A DNA stretch of 61,376 bases, the filler included. It is 7 parts of 7 records of this genome, joined end to end, with 100 filler letters (N's around TTAATTAATTAA, not from the genome) between each part and the next. Parts side by side here need not be neighbours in the genome. Positions count along the whole stretch, not along the records: positions 1 to 20,441 come from DRR723986_770; 6 more parts are not named here. One strand, 5' to 3'. Shown here piece by piece: positions 10,313-19,718 of this stretch. The position numbers and the translations under genes were made by a program. How positions within the stretch are numbered: position 1 is the stretch's first letter; each line of letters opens with the position of its first letter. The notes under the pieces were generated by a model, which made no database searches, was not told where the DNA came from, and saw only the letters and a program-made list of their open reading frames with translations.

Positions 10313-10671
10313 CGATGATCCCTTCAATACCGTGGCGACAGGAGAATGGTAACGAATGCCGCCCACCGCGACCAGCGCGGTGAACGTAAGTACTTGCTAT
10401 AAATGGAAAAGCTCAGTGAACCAACACCCAGCGACTACACAAATCGGCCACCCACCAGCTGACGGTCATGGCAGCGCGACAAGCAGATCAGTGACGTAAT
10501 GGCGTCGCTATTTTGCAAATAGCGCATTTTAAAAATCGGAGTTTCAGGTACTTGACATCGCCCGGAGCTCGCTCGGCACGGGAGCACGATGTCCACGGCT
10601 AAAGCAAGTACCATACTCCTTCCTTATTGGTCATAAACTAATGACTGTTAGCTGACGGCAAGTCAAGCTCT

Positions 10672-11640
10672 TCACAAACCGATATCGAAGTAGATTTCAA
10701 TATCCTGAGGATAGAGATCGTCTTCATAATAGCCAGTACTCTTTGCAGAACCAGACAACGAGTTAATCGTACTTTCAACGATATTTATCTCTAATTTTCC
10801 TGTCTGGGAATAAGACATCATTGAGCCATACTGATCCGGCCAGTGTTGAATGTTGGCATCGTCTTTTGTCGCGTCATCACTGACGTATAGTTCAGTAAAG
10901 TACGAGTCAAGCCAATCCTCGCCGGATAGACTGCTTGACGGCACCTGGGTATAACCAAACGAGGCAAAGTAAATAGCACTCCGCGTGTCGGATGACTCCG
11001 CGCTATCACTGGTTTTAACCAACTTGTAGTGAGCCTGCTTAAAGCAGTGTATCGGTTGATCGGTCAATGTGCCTGAATAGTCGTCATCGTAGTAGTTCGT
11101 CGCTGTTACATCGAAACTGCCGAGACTTCCATCGTTATTAAACGCAAGTTCATCGGCGATTTTCACCAGTGTTACCACACTTGAATAAACCTGCGTATCG
11201 TCGCCCGTGCTAAATAGCTTAGCCTCTATAAGCCGGTTGTTAACTACCTCGCCCGCAATATCGTAACCGCCACGATCAAAAGAGATAAGCCCGGAGCCTA
11301 TTGAGATGGTTTGTTGATTCATCACATCCTGGAGGCAATTGATCAACGTTATCGTATTGTCGCCATTATCCACTATCGATATTGTGGATCGTGTCGTGCC
11401 CGTCGTTCGGTAGGAGATAACTTCGGACTGAATTTTCAGGTGTTCAACGTCACTATCTTCCAGATACATCCATGTGCCTGAAAGATCAGCATCAGACGTT
11501 TCGTTATTGATGTAGGACGAAGCACTATACACCATGGACCTACTATTTATGGGTTCACCGCTTTCCGACGATGAGCCACCGCATGCAGATAGTAATGTGA
11601 TTGGTATGATCAGAGTACTGACCAAAAATTTTTTTCTCAT
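10672..11640 (-). CDS. Hypothetical lipoprotein (paralog A)
   Basis: RBS AAGGAG, ATG 11640, lipobox LLSA-C followed by a GGSSS linker; acidic, beta-rich mature region. Confidence 0.82.
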   Translation of the reverse strand: MRKKFLVSTLIIPITLLSACGGSSSESGEPINSRSMVYSASSYINNETSDADLSGTWMYLEDSDVEHLKIQSEVISYRTTGTTRSTISIVDNGDNTITLINCLQDVMNQQTISIGSGLISFDRGGYDIAGEVVNNRLIEAKLFSTGDDTQVYSSVVTLVKIADELAFNNDGSLGSFDVTATNYYDDDYSGTLTDQPIHCFKQAHYKLVKTSDSAESSDTRSAIYFASFGYTQVPSSSLSGEDWLDSYFTELYVSDDATKDDANIQHWPDQYGSMMSYSQTGKLEINIVESTINSLSGSAKSTGYYEDDLYPQDIEIYFDIGL

Positions 11641-11726
11641 TGAGTTCTCCTTGAACAAAAGCACCGCACAGGTGCGCTTTCCTTAAAGCCGTCTAATTAA
11701 AAATGAGGGGACCATCCACCTCGATT

Positions 11727-12680
11727 TTATAAGCGAATTTCAAAATGGATATCAATATATGCGTTGTCAGATGGCGACGTTGTCGAATTTGCCGACCCTA
11801 ACAATACCGATGAGCTGCTCTCAACCACCTCCGTTTCTATCCATTTATATCGAGTGTAATCGCGCATATTGCTCGAATACGCAGGGGTAAAATATATAAC
11901 GTTGTCAGGTGTACTTGGGTCACTGGCTGTGTATATATCCACGTAGTGCGGATCCAACCACACTTCGTCTTCTTCAGAGAGACTCAACGGCAGCTCACTT
12001 ATCGACATAAAAAATATGTGATCAATCGATTTGGCCTGAACCTCTTCTCCATTTTTTTCAGTAATTTCATAATGGGCTTGCGAAAAGCTATGAATTGGCT
12101 GATCCACTAAGCTACCGGAGTAGCTATTGTCCTGATAGTCGATGAAGTTCAGATCGAAATGACCGATATAACCGCTATCTTCGAACGCATAATCATCGGA
12201 AATTTTTACTAATGTTACAGCGCTGTCGCGGACAACGATGTCGTCGTCGTAAGAAACCAGTTCGCCTTCAATCATACGGTTGTTTATAACCTGTCCCGCA
12301 AAATCAAGGCCTCCAAGATCAAACGACAATACTCCTGAGGTAACCGGTAAATCCTTCTGCACCCATGTTGTAACTAGGGTTAGCGTGTTGTCACCGTTAT
12401 CAACGATCGAGAGCACCGAGCGTCTTTGGCCGATATAACTCAGAGAACGGTAGGACGAAGCCTCGCGAATATACTCGATATCGATGTTTTCCAAACATAT
12501 CCACGTGCCCGAAAGGTCTGCATCGCTAGTATCGGTATTCGTATAAGAGGAAGCGGTGTAGCGCCCAGCCTCTTCCCCGACGGCCCGATCAACCGCCTCA
12601 TTGCGACCCGATGAGCCACCACAGGCGCTAAGTAATAACACCCAAGCAAGCAGACTGCGCCATACTTTCCCTTTGTCCAT
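11727..12680 (-). CDS. Hypothetical lipoprotein (paralog B)
   Basis: RBS GGAGAG, lipobox LLSA-C-GGSSG; shares TSDADLSGTW, SIVDNGDNT and DQPIH blocks with paralog A. Confidence 0.82.
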   Translation of the reverse strand: MDKGKVWRSLLAWVLLLSACGGSSGRNEAVDRAVGEEAGRYTASSYTNTDTSDADLSGTWICLENIDIEYIREASSYRSLSYIGQRRSVLSIVDNGDNTLTLVTTWVQKDLPVTSGVLSFDLGGLDFAGQVINNRMIEGELVSYDDDIVVRDSAVTLVKISDDYAFEDSGYIGHFDLNFIDYQDNSYSGSLVDQPIHSFSQAHYEITEKNGEEVQAKSIDHIFFMSISELPLSLSEEDEVWLDPHYVDIYTASDPSTPDNVIYFTPAYSSNMRDYTRYKWIETEVVESSSSVLLGSANSTTSPSDNAYIDIHFEIRL

Positions 12681-12733
12681 AAACTCTCTCCATGAGTCAA
12701 ACTACCCGTGATTGCTATATACGCGCTATCGAG

Positions 12734-13339
12734 TCAACTTTTTCGCAAGCGAGTTAATTGCCTATCATGAACCGTCGATAAACTGATGACAGCAATGATA
12801 CTGCCTATCAACGCCAGTGCCATATCCGATTGGGTGTCCCACTCATAGCCCTGGGTGCCAAGGAAGGCTTCCGCGCCTTCACCACTTAGCTCGGCCACCC
12901 ACCATTCGATAAGTTCGTAGAAGGCGCTAAACGCGAGGCAGATAGCCACCACAAACAGTGCCAACCAGCGGCTGCCGTTCACCACCTTTTTGCGAATAAG
13001 GATTTCCCGCGCCAGGGCAGCGGGCACAAAACCCTGGAAGAAGTGGCCAATTTTGTCGTAGTTATTGCGCTCGCTGCCAAACCAACCATCAAAGCCGGGC
13101 ACTTCGGCATAGGTGTAGTGGCCGCCGACCATCAGTACCACACAGTGCAATAAAATCAGGGTATAGAGCAGCGGCGTGAGCGGAAACTGCCGGTACGTTG
13201 CCGCCATAACAACAAAGCCAATAACCGCAGGCGCGACTTCCAGCAGCCAGGTAAAGGGGTCGTGAGGCCCAATACCCGACCACAGCAACACCGCCGTAAA
13301 CACCACAATCCAGATAGCTTTAATGGCCTTGCTCCTCAC
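12734..13339 (-). CDS. DUF2238 (YjdF-like) inner membrane protein
   Basis: WLLEV, VGGHYTYAEVP, RNNYDKIGHFFQG, YELIEWW, FLGTQGYEWDTQSDM. Confidence 0.88.
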   Translation of the reverse strand: MRSKAIKAIWIVVFTAVLLWSGIGPHDPFTWLLEVAPAVIGFVVMAATYRQFPLTPLLYTLILLHCVVLMVGGHYTYAEVPGFDGWFGSERNNYDKIGHFFQGFVPAALAREILIRKKVVNGSRWLALFVVAICLAFSAFYELIEWWVAELSGEGAEAFLGTQGYEWDTQSDMALALIGSIIAVISLSTVHDRQLTRLRKS

Positions 13340-13357
13340 ATTTACGGGGTGCGTTAG

Positions 13358-13792
13358 TTACGTCAACGCTTCAGCGCGGCAAACCAGGCCGCGAGTCATA
13401 CCCTGAAAGCCGCGCGCCAAGTGCTTGCCCAATAGCAGGCGCACCAGCGGCGACAAGGCGCCGCGCAGGATGAACACCGATTCATAGCGGCAGCTGTCGT
13501 CGTCCAACGCTGTTAGACGGTGCTGGCGCGAACTGGATAAAAGGCCCAGCGGCAATTGAATGCCGTACTCCAGGTATTCGGCCGCCGCGTTTGCGCGGAT
13601 GGTTTCGGTTTGAGAAATACACCGCGAGGGCAGCAGTTGTACCTGCATAACAATAGGCTCGCCCACAACAAAGCTGGATTCGCAGGCCACGATAAATGGA
13701 TTCCACTCGGCGTAGTGGGCGGTATCAAGTAGAACCTGCCAGACTTTTTCGGCCGGGGCCGCCACGGTTTCGGTAAAGCGAATTTCAAACAT
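13358..13792 (-). CDS. SRPBCC (START/Bet v1-like) family protein
   Basis: IRFTETVAAPAEKVWQVLLDTAHYAEWNPF N-terminus and typical C-terminal helix; ATG 13792. Confidence 0.85.
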   Translation of the reverse strand: MFEIRFTETVAAPAEKVWQVLLDTAHYAEWNPFIVACESSFVVGEPIVMQVQLLPSRCISQTETIRANAAAEYLEYGIQLPLGLLSSSRQHRLTALDDDSCRYESVFILRGALSPLVRLLLGKHLARGFQGMTRGLVCRAEALT

Positions 13793-13812
13793 ATTGCTGC
13801 CCTGGTTAACGA

Positions 13813-14541
13813 CTACTCGGCCGCCACGGTGCACACATACACCGAGTTGGTGGACTCGGTATTTTGGAAGGGGTTGTAAAACGACACCACATGGGACGCC
13901 ACGCTAGCGAATACGCTGCCGAGCAGCGCTTCAAATTCAGCGTCGGGCAGATTCTGCGACCACATGGCAAACACGCCACCGGGCTTGAGCTGGCTAGCCA
14001 TTAGCGAGAGGTTTTGCGTGGTATAAAAACCGGCGTTGGCGGCGTTGAGAAACTCCGACGGCGAGTGATCGATATCCAATAATATGGCGTCGAAATGCTT
14101 GCCGGGCACCGCCGGGTCAAAGCCAAGCTCGGGCTGGGTGGCCAGCTCAAAAAAGCTGCCCAGCACATAGTGGTTGCGGCTATCGGCGTTGAGTATTTTA
14201 CCCAGCGGCACTTTTTCGTCGCGGTGCCAGCCTATCACCGTGTCCAGCGCCTCCACGATAAACAACTCATCAATGCGCGCGTCTTCCAGGGCTTTAACGG
14301 CGGTATAGCCAAGGCCCAGGCCGCCCACCACCACGCTGAGGTTATCGCCCTGCACAGCGGCTAAGCCTAGGGTCGACAGGGCTTCCTCGGCATCGTAAAA
14401 CATGCTCGACATCAGAAACTCGTCGCCCAGTTTTACCTCGTAAATATCGCGCTCACCCAGTGCGGGAATGCGCCGCCGACGCAGGGAAATTTCACCCAGG
14501 GCAGAGTCCTGGCTGTCGATTTCTTCAAACATTAGCGACAC
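13813..14541 (-). CDS. Spermidine-synthase-like SAM-dependent transferase
   Basis: VVVGGLGLGYT SAM-binding loop, FDAILLDIDHSP, LKPGGVFAMWS. Confidence 0.82.
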   Translation of the reverse strand: MSLMFEEIDSQDSALGEISLRRRRIPALGERDIYEVKLGDEFLMSSMFYDAEEALSTLGLAAVQGDNLSVVVGGLGLGYTAVKALEDARIDELFIVEALDTVIGWHRDEKVPLGKILNADSRNHYVLGSFFELATQPELGFDPAVPGKHFDAILLDIDHSPSEFLNAANAGFYTTQNLSLMASQLKPGGVFAMWSQNLPDAEFEALLGSVFASVASHVVSFYNPFQNTESTNSVYVCTVAAE

Positions 14542-14601
14542 GGTGATGCTTCCTTATTCAGTCTGTTGCGGTGCGCCGACCATCATACGCAATATTGGCC
14601 G

Positions 14602-15867
14602 CTACAGCTCGTCGCCTGACGGCGCCAGACCATTGCCGCGGTAGCTTTGCTCGCTGTCGCCAATACGCACCAGGCTGTCGTGCAAATACGACAAATGCGG
14701 ATGGCCGCCAAGCAGGGTCAACAGCGCCTGAGTATTGTTGTTTAGGTAGTACTCCATCCATGCCAGCGAGTAGTTCGCGGCAATTTCGCGGCCCCAGGTT
14801 GAGGTGGGCAGCAAAGGATAATTAGTGTGCTGCGCATGACTGGCTGCCTCGGCAACAATAAAGGCGCGGTCGCTGCTCAGGCTGTCGTAGAGCGGGCGCA
14901 CCACGGCGGGGTTCACAAAGGGCAGTGGCGCAATGGGGCCATCATGATCGCCGGTTTGGATCATCACCGGTACCGGGCTGGCAGTGACCGACTCGAATAC
15001 TGGTGCCGCCGCCACAACCGCGCGAACGCGAACCGGGTTGGGCTCAGCGGCATCGGCGGCCTCTTGTTCCTGCACGCGCAGCGCCGCAGCCGCGCCCATG
15101 CTATGACCAATCACACCCAGCCGGTCGGCATCCAACGCGGCGGCCACGGGCGAGTCTTCAAACAAGTAGCGAATGGCATCTTGGGCATCGTGCAAGTTGT
15201 TGTCCGGGTCGGACTCGCCGGCATCATCCGAGCGGCCCTGGCCGCTGAAGTCGAAGGCGAACACTACATAGCCATTGTCGGCGAACAGGCGGTGCCACCA
15301 ACGATACATGGCGGTGTTGGTGTTTAAGCCCTGCAGGGCAACAATCACCGGGAACGGCCCCTGCGTAGGCGGTACCAAACCCTGTTTGGGCAGCACGATT
15401 TCGCCGTGCAGACGAGTGCCGTAGCGGTTATTAAATTCCACCGGCACCAGCGCCACATTGGGGTTTTCGTAAGGGTGACCGTACCAGTGGTAAGCGTGCT
15501 CAATGCGCGAGCCATCCTGCCCCTGTGCCAGGGTTGATCGCACCATGTGCTCGACAATCACCGGGTCGCTAATATCGTTAATGGTGTAGCCGAGGGCAAC
15601 GGGGTCGAACAGGCGGGCGGCCACATCGCGTGGCAGGGCCGCTGACAGCAGCGACAAATTAGTGATCAGTGGCGCCAATTCCTCGGGCGCAGCCGGGGGG
15701 TCTTCACCGGGTTGCGAGGCCGGCCACGCCCGTAGGCTGCTGCCTGAACCTGCACTACCGCTATTACTACTGCTACTGCCATCACAGGCCACCAAGGTGA
15801 ACACCAGCAACGGCAAACACACCGCGCGCACCACGCGCCACACACCGCTGCCAAACTGAATGGGCAT
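14602..15867 (-). CDS. Lipoprotein alpha/beta hydrolase
   Basis: Lipobox TLVA-C, Ser/Gly linker, GHSMG nucleophile elbow, candidate Asp (TGDHD) and His (AASH). Start could also be 15897. Confidence 0.85.
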   Translation of the reverse strand: MPIQFGSGVWRVVRAVCLPLLVFTLVACDGSSSSNSGSAGSGSSLRAWPASQPGEDPPAAPEELAPLITNLSLLSAALPRDVAARLFDPVALGYTINDISDPVIVEHMVRSTLAQGQDGSRIEHAYHWYGHPYENPNVALVPVEFNNRYGTRLHGEIVLPKQGLVPPTQGPFPVIVALQGLNTNTAMYRWWHRLFADNGYVVFAFDFSGQGRSDDAGESDPDNNLHDAQDAIRYLFEDSPVAAALDADRLGVIGHSMGAAAALRVQEQEAADAAEPNPVRVRAVVAAAPVFESVTASPVPVMIQTGDHDGPIAPLPFVNPAVVRPLYDSLSSDRAFIVAEAASHAQHTNYPLLPTSTWGREIAANYSLAWMEYYLNNNTQALLTLLGGHPHLSYLHDSLVRIGDSEQSYRGNGLAPSGDEL

Positions 15868-16033
15868 AAGCCCTCGACCCTGCTCGCTACGCTTCATAAT
15901 TATCGCCAAACTGTTAAGAATAGTTACCAGCTCAGCGCGAATGCGCGCGGCCAGGCTGGCTGGCGATTATAAAGCAAATACACACTGCAAGTTGAATGTG
16001 TAAACATTGTAAGCATTTGTCGAGGGCCAGCGT

Positions 16034-16516
16034 TTACAGCCCCAGCTCGCTCAAGCCCGGGTGATCATCAGGGCGACGGCCCAGCGGCCAGTGGAACTTG
16101 CGGTCGGCCTCGCTAATCGCCATGTCGTTAATGCTGGCGTGGCGGTAGGCCATTAGGCCGCGCTCGTCGAACTGCCAGTTTTCATTGCCGTAGGAGCGAT
16201 ACCACTGACCGCCGTCATCGCGCCATTCGTAGGCAAAGCGCACGGCAATGCGGTTGCCGCTGTGGGCCCACACTTCTTTAATCAGGCGATATTCCTGCTC
16301 GCGCTGCCACTTGTTGGCTAAGAACGCGATGATTTCTGCGCGGCCCACCGGAAAGTCGGCGCGGTTTCGCCATTGAGAATCTTCAGTGTAGGCCAGGGCG
16401 ATGGCCTCGGGGTTGCGGCTGTTCCAGGCATCTTCTGCCTTGCGGGTTTTCACTACCGCTTCTTCGTAGCTAAACGGGGGCAGCGGTGGGCGAGTATTGG
16501 GGTCGGTCATCATCAT
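16034..16516 (-). CDS. DUF1348 / SnoaL-like (NTF2 fold) protein
   Basis: [61 protein letters not shown]. Confidence 0.92.
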   Translation of the reverse strand: MMMTDPNTRPPLPPFSYEEAVVKTRKAEDAWNSRNPEAIALAYTEDSQWRNRADFPVGRAEIIAFLANKWQREQEYRLIKEVWAHSGNRIAVRFAYEWRDDGGQWYRSYGNENWQFDERGLMAYRHASINDMAISEADRKFHWPLGRRPDDHPGLSELGL

Positions 16517-16546
16517 TTCCTTACGGTTGGCTATTAGGGTTGGCAT

Positions 16547-17134
16547 TTACTGTTGGTTGGGGTCTACGCCGAGTTCGCGCAAGCGCTGCTCGACCATGCG
16601 GTCAATATCCGCGTCGGTATAACGGGGGGTAATGTGCTGGGGGCAGTTCCAGTCAAAGGCGGCAATGTGTATCAGCACGCCGCGCTCAATGCGGGCGCGG
16701 TAGTTCGGGTCCAGTAAGGCCTGTAAGCGCGCATCATCTGGGTCGACAAACTCCAGCCGCCCCGCCACTTTCAGGCGGCGGCAGTTTGGGTAGTCCACCA
16801 AAAACAGCGACACGCGATTATTGCTCTGCACGTTGCCGGCACTGATGTACTGGCGATTGCCGCGGTAGTCGGCAAAGCCCAGCGTCGCCGCGTCCAACAC
16901 TTTGATAAACCCCGGCGGGCCACCACGATGTTGCACGTAGGGCCAGCCCGACTCGCTAACGCTGGCCATATACAGGCTGTCGCGCTGACGAATAAATTGC
17001 GCCTCCTTGTCGCTGAACAAATAGTTGTAGTCCTCGCCCTGCTCCATTCGCGCATAGGTGTCGCGGCTGCGGCCCTGGCTTTGCAGCGCTTTGGCGGCGG
17101 GGCTAAACATTAGCTTGGCGTAGCGGTGTCCCAT
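16547..17134 (-). CDS. Pyridoxamine 5'-phosphate oxidase-related FMN-binding protein
   Basis: GWPYVQHRGGPPGF, FADYRGNRQYIS, FDWNCPQHITPRY. Confidence 0.9.
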   Translation of the reverse strand: MGHRYAKLMFSPAAKALQSQGRSRDTYARMEQGEDYNYLFSDKEAQFIRQRDSLYMASVSESGWPYVQHRGGPPGFIKVLDAATLGFADYRGNRQYISAGNVQSNNRVSLFLVDYPNCRRLKVAGRLEFVDPDDARLQALLDPNYRARIERGVLIHIAAFDWNCPQHITPRYTDADIDRMVEQRLRELGVDPNQQ

Positions 17135-17192
17135 GGTGCTGCCTCCGGTGGCCCCTTGCCCTCAACTGCCAAGGGGTCGTGGCTGAAAACGC

Positions 17193-17747
17193 TTAGGCAG
17201 CGCCTCGGCTCAGACTCAGTTCTACCGTGGGGAAGTCGATCTCCACCTCGCTGGCCTTGCCGATGAAGTTGGTCAGAATGTTCATGCCAACGTGGGTGAT
17301 AATCTCCACCACCTCCGCGTCGCTGTAGCCTGCGCTGTGCAGCTCGGCGATCTCGGCGGCGGTGACACTGCCACTGTGTTCGACCAGCGTATTGGCAAAC
17401 TTCACCGCCACCGCGGCTTTGGCATCCTGGCTGCCGCCGGCGCGATTGGCGGCAATTTCGTCGCCGTTCAAACCGGCCTTGCGACCAATGGCCGTGTGCG
17501 CCGACACGCAGTACTGGCAGGCATTTTGTTGAGCCACCGCCAGAGCGATGCGCTCGCGGGTAGCCGGTGACAACTCACCCTCACCGGCAATACCATGCAG
17601 GCCGAGAAAGGCGCGCAGCGCCGCTGGGGAATTGGCAAAGATCTTCAGAAAATTTGGCACCATGCCCAGCTTTTGCTGAATTGCATCGAGCAGCTCCTGC
17701 TGCTCGGCACTGGCGTTGTCATGGTCGATAATAGGTAAACGGCTCAT
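17193..17747 (-). CDS. AhpD/carboxymuconolactone decarboxylase family peroxidase-related protein
   Basis: GMVPNF, ERIALAVAQQNACQYCVSAH (CxxC..H), EIDFP. Confidence 0.9.
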   Translation of the reverse strand: MSRLPIIDHDNASAEQQELLDAIQQKLGMVPNFLKIFANSPAALRAFLGLHGIAGEGELSPATRERIALAVAQQNACQYCVSAHTAIGRKAGLNGDEIAANRAGGSQDAKAAVAVKFANTLVEHSGSVTAAEIAELHSAGYSDAEVVEIITHVGMNILTNFIGKASEVEIDFPTVELSLSRGAA

Positions 17748-17854
17748 CGTGGCATCCTCAAGTAAGTGGTTTGGTGCAGCTACCGCCGTAACTGCCCGAC
17801 ACCGCTACCTTGCCGAATTTCACATAGAAGAAGAATCCGCGTACATTGCAATTC

Positions 17855-17877
17855 ATTATTACTTTAACCGGAATAAT
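17855..17877. promoter_or_regulatory. LysR-type binding site (T-N11-A with extended dyad)
   Basis: ATTATT-N11-AATAAT between the divergent ahpD-like and lysR genes. Confidence 0.65.
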
Positions 17878-17891
17878 GGCGCGCAAGACTT

Positions 17892-18800
17892 ATGGACAAA
17901 TTTCACTTGCTTAAGGTGTATGTGGCCGTTGCCGAGGCCGAGGGCTTTGCCGCCGCCGCGCGGCGTTTGGAGCTGTCGCCCCCCGCCGTTACCCGCGCCA
18001 TTGCCGCACTTGAAGATAACCTGGGCGTAAAGCTGTTGCAGCGCAGCACCCGCTACGTGCGCACGACCGATATCGGCAGGCGTTATCTGGACGATGCCAA
18101 GCGGATTCTTGCCGAGCTGGAGGCCGCCGACCACACCGCAAGCGGGATCAACACCGAACCCCAGGGCCAGCTCACCGTCACCGCGCCCGTACTGTTTGGG
18201 CGGCGCTTTATTACGCCCAGTATTGTTCGTTACCTGGAGCGCTATCCCAAAACCACGGTAAATGCCGTGTTTCTCGACCGCGTGGTTAACCTGCTGGAAG
18301 AAGGGATTGATGTCGGTATACGCATTGGCGAACTGCCGGACTCGTCGCTGCGCGGCCGCAACGTCGGCAGCGTGCGCATGGTGGTCTGCGCCTCGCCGGA
18401 CTACTTGCAGCGCTGCGGCCGCCCACAACGCCCGGACGACTTGCGCAAGCACAGCTTGATCGCCTCACTGGCGGTTGGCGAAAACCAGCACTGGCACTTT
18501 CAAGCGCCGGACAACGCCCGCGCGCAACAGCGCATTGCTATTGCACCGCGACTCACCGTCACAGCGAATGATGCCGCCGTTGAAGCGGCCGTGAATGGGC
18601 TGGGGATTACCCGCGTGTTGTCCTACCAAGTGGCCGACGAGGTCGCGGCAGGCAAGCTGGAAATACTGATGGAAGACTATCAACCGGCCGCCAAACCGAT
18701 CACCATTCTCCATCGGGAAGATCGCAATCCCGCGGTAAAGGTTCGCGCCTTTATTGATATGTTAACCGAAGAACTTGCAGGCCATTCGGCACTGCATTAA
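17892..18800 (+). CDS. LysR-family transcriptional regulator (CrgA/DmlR-like)
   Basis: N-terminal HTH FAAAARRLELSPPAVTRAIAALEDNLGVKLLQRSTR; DRVVNLLEEGIDVGIRIG. Confidence 0.95.
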   Translation: MDKFHLLKVYVAVAEAEGFAAAARRLELSPPAVTRAIAALEDNLGVKLLQRSTRYVRTTDIGRRYLDDAKRILAELEAADHTASGINTEPQGQLTVTAPVLFGRRFITPSIVRYLERYPKTTVNAVFLDRVVNLLEEGIDVGIRIGELPDSSLRGRNVGSVRMVVCASPDYLQRCGRPQRPDDLRKHSLIASLAVGENQHWHFQAPDNARAQQRIAIAPRLTVTANDAAVEAAVNGLGITRVLSYQVADEVAAGKLEILMEDYQPAAKPITILHREDRNPAVKVRAFIDMLTEELAGHSALH

Positions 18801-19702
18801 CGCGCCCGACCGTGTTTTCGTAGCGGCTGCAAGGCAATGATATTTCCGGCCAGCATTAATGTACCGCCCAATAGTATTGCCCAGTCGAACGCCTCGGCGT
18901 AGAGCACCACACCCAATATCGCGATCAATGGCAGACGCAAAAAGTCCAGCGTAACCACCACACTTACCTCGGCATAGTGCATGGCCTTACTCATGCAAAA
19001 ATGAGCCGACAAGGCCATAAGACCTATCAGCAACAACCACCCCCACTGCCCGAAGTCAGGCCACTGCCAGTGGGCAATCGACAGGGCAAAACCAATGGGT
19101 AACTGCACCAAACACATATAAAAAATTATTGTGAACGGCGAGTCGGCACCGCCGAGTGCTTTCGTGCAGGTGTGAGAAACCGCGTAGCCAATGGCCGCCG
19201 CCAACACAATAAGTGAAGCGCTATCGACAATGCTGTAGCCCGGCTGAACAATCACCAACACACCCAGCAGGCCCATGACTATCGCCAATAATTTTCGGCG
19301 CGTTATCGCCTCGTTTAAGGCCACGGCGGCAATCAGCATCGTCCAAAACGGCACAGTAAATTCCAGCGCAAACACCTCGGCTAATGGCAGCAAGCCAATG
19401 CCGACAAACCAACCGTACTGGCCGCCAAAGTGAAAAACATTGCGCAGCACATGCAAACCCGGGCGCTGACTGCGCAGCCGCAGCGCTGATGACGCTACAC
19501 GGTTTGAGCGGGAATACTTGGCCACCAGCATAATCAGTAACAAACACAGCAAACCGATAGCGCTGCGAAAGAACAGCTGCTGATGTACGGCAATTTCGCC
19601 GCTCAGCTCCCGCGCCGATATCGCCATTGTGCTGAACGACGCCAAGGCGCCAGCCATCCAGGCCGCCGCGCGGGGCGTTTGTTGATGATGAAATGCGTCC
19701 AC
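18797..19702 (-). CDS. DMT/EamA family transporter
   Basis: About 10 hydrophobic segments in two EamA-like halves; LPLAEVFALEFTVP, LDFLRLPL. Confidence 0.88.
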   Translation of the reverse strand: MDAFHHQQTPRAAAWMAGALASFSTMAISARELSGEIAVHQQLFFRSAIGLLCLLLIMLVAKYSRSNRVASSALRLRSQRPGLHVLRNVFHFGGQYGWFVGIGLLPLAEVFALEFTVPFWTMLIAAVALNEAITRRKLLAIVMGLLGVLVIVQPGYSIVDSASLIVLAAAIGYAVSHTCTKALGGADSPFTIIFYMCLVQLPIGFALSIAHWQWPDFGQWGWLLLIGLMALSAHFCMSKAMHYAEVSVVVTLDFLRLPLIAILGVVLYAEAFDWAILLGGTLMLAGNIIALQPLRKHGRAR

Positions 19703-19718
19703 TGCCGTCTTTGCGTCC

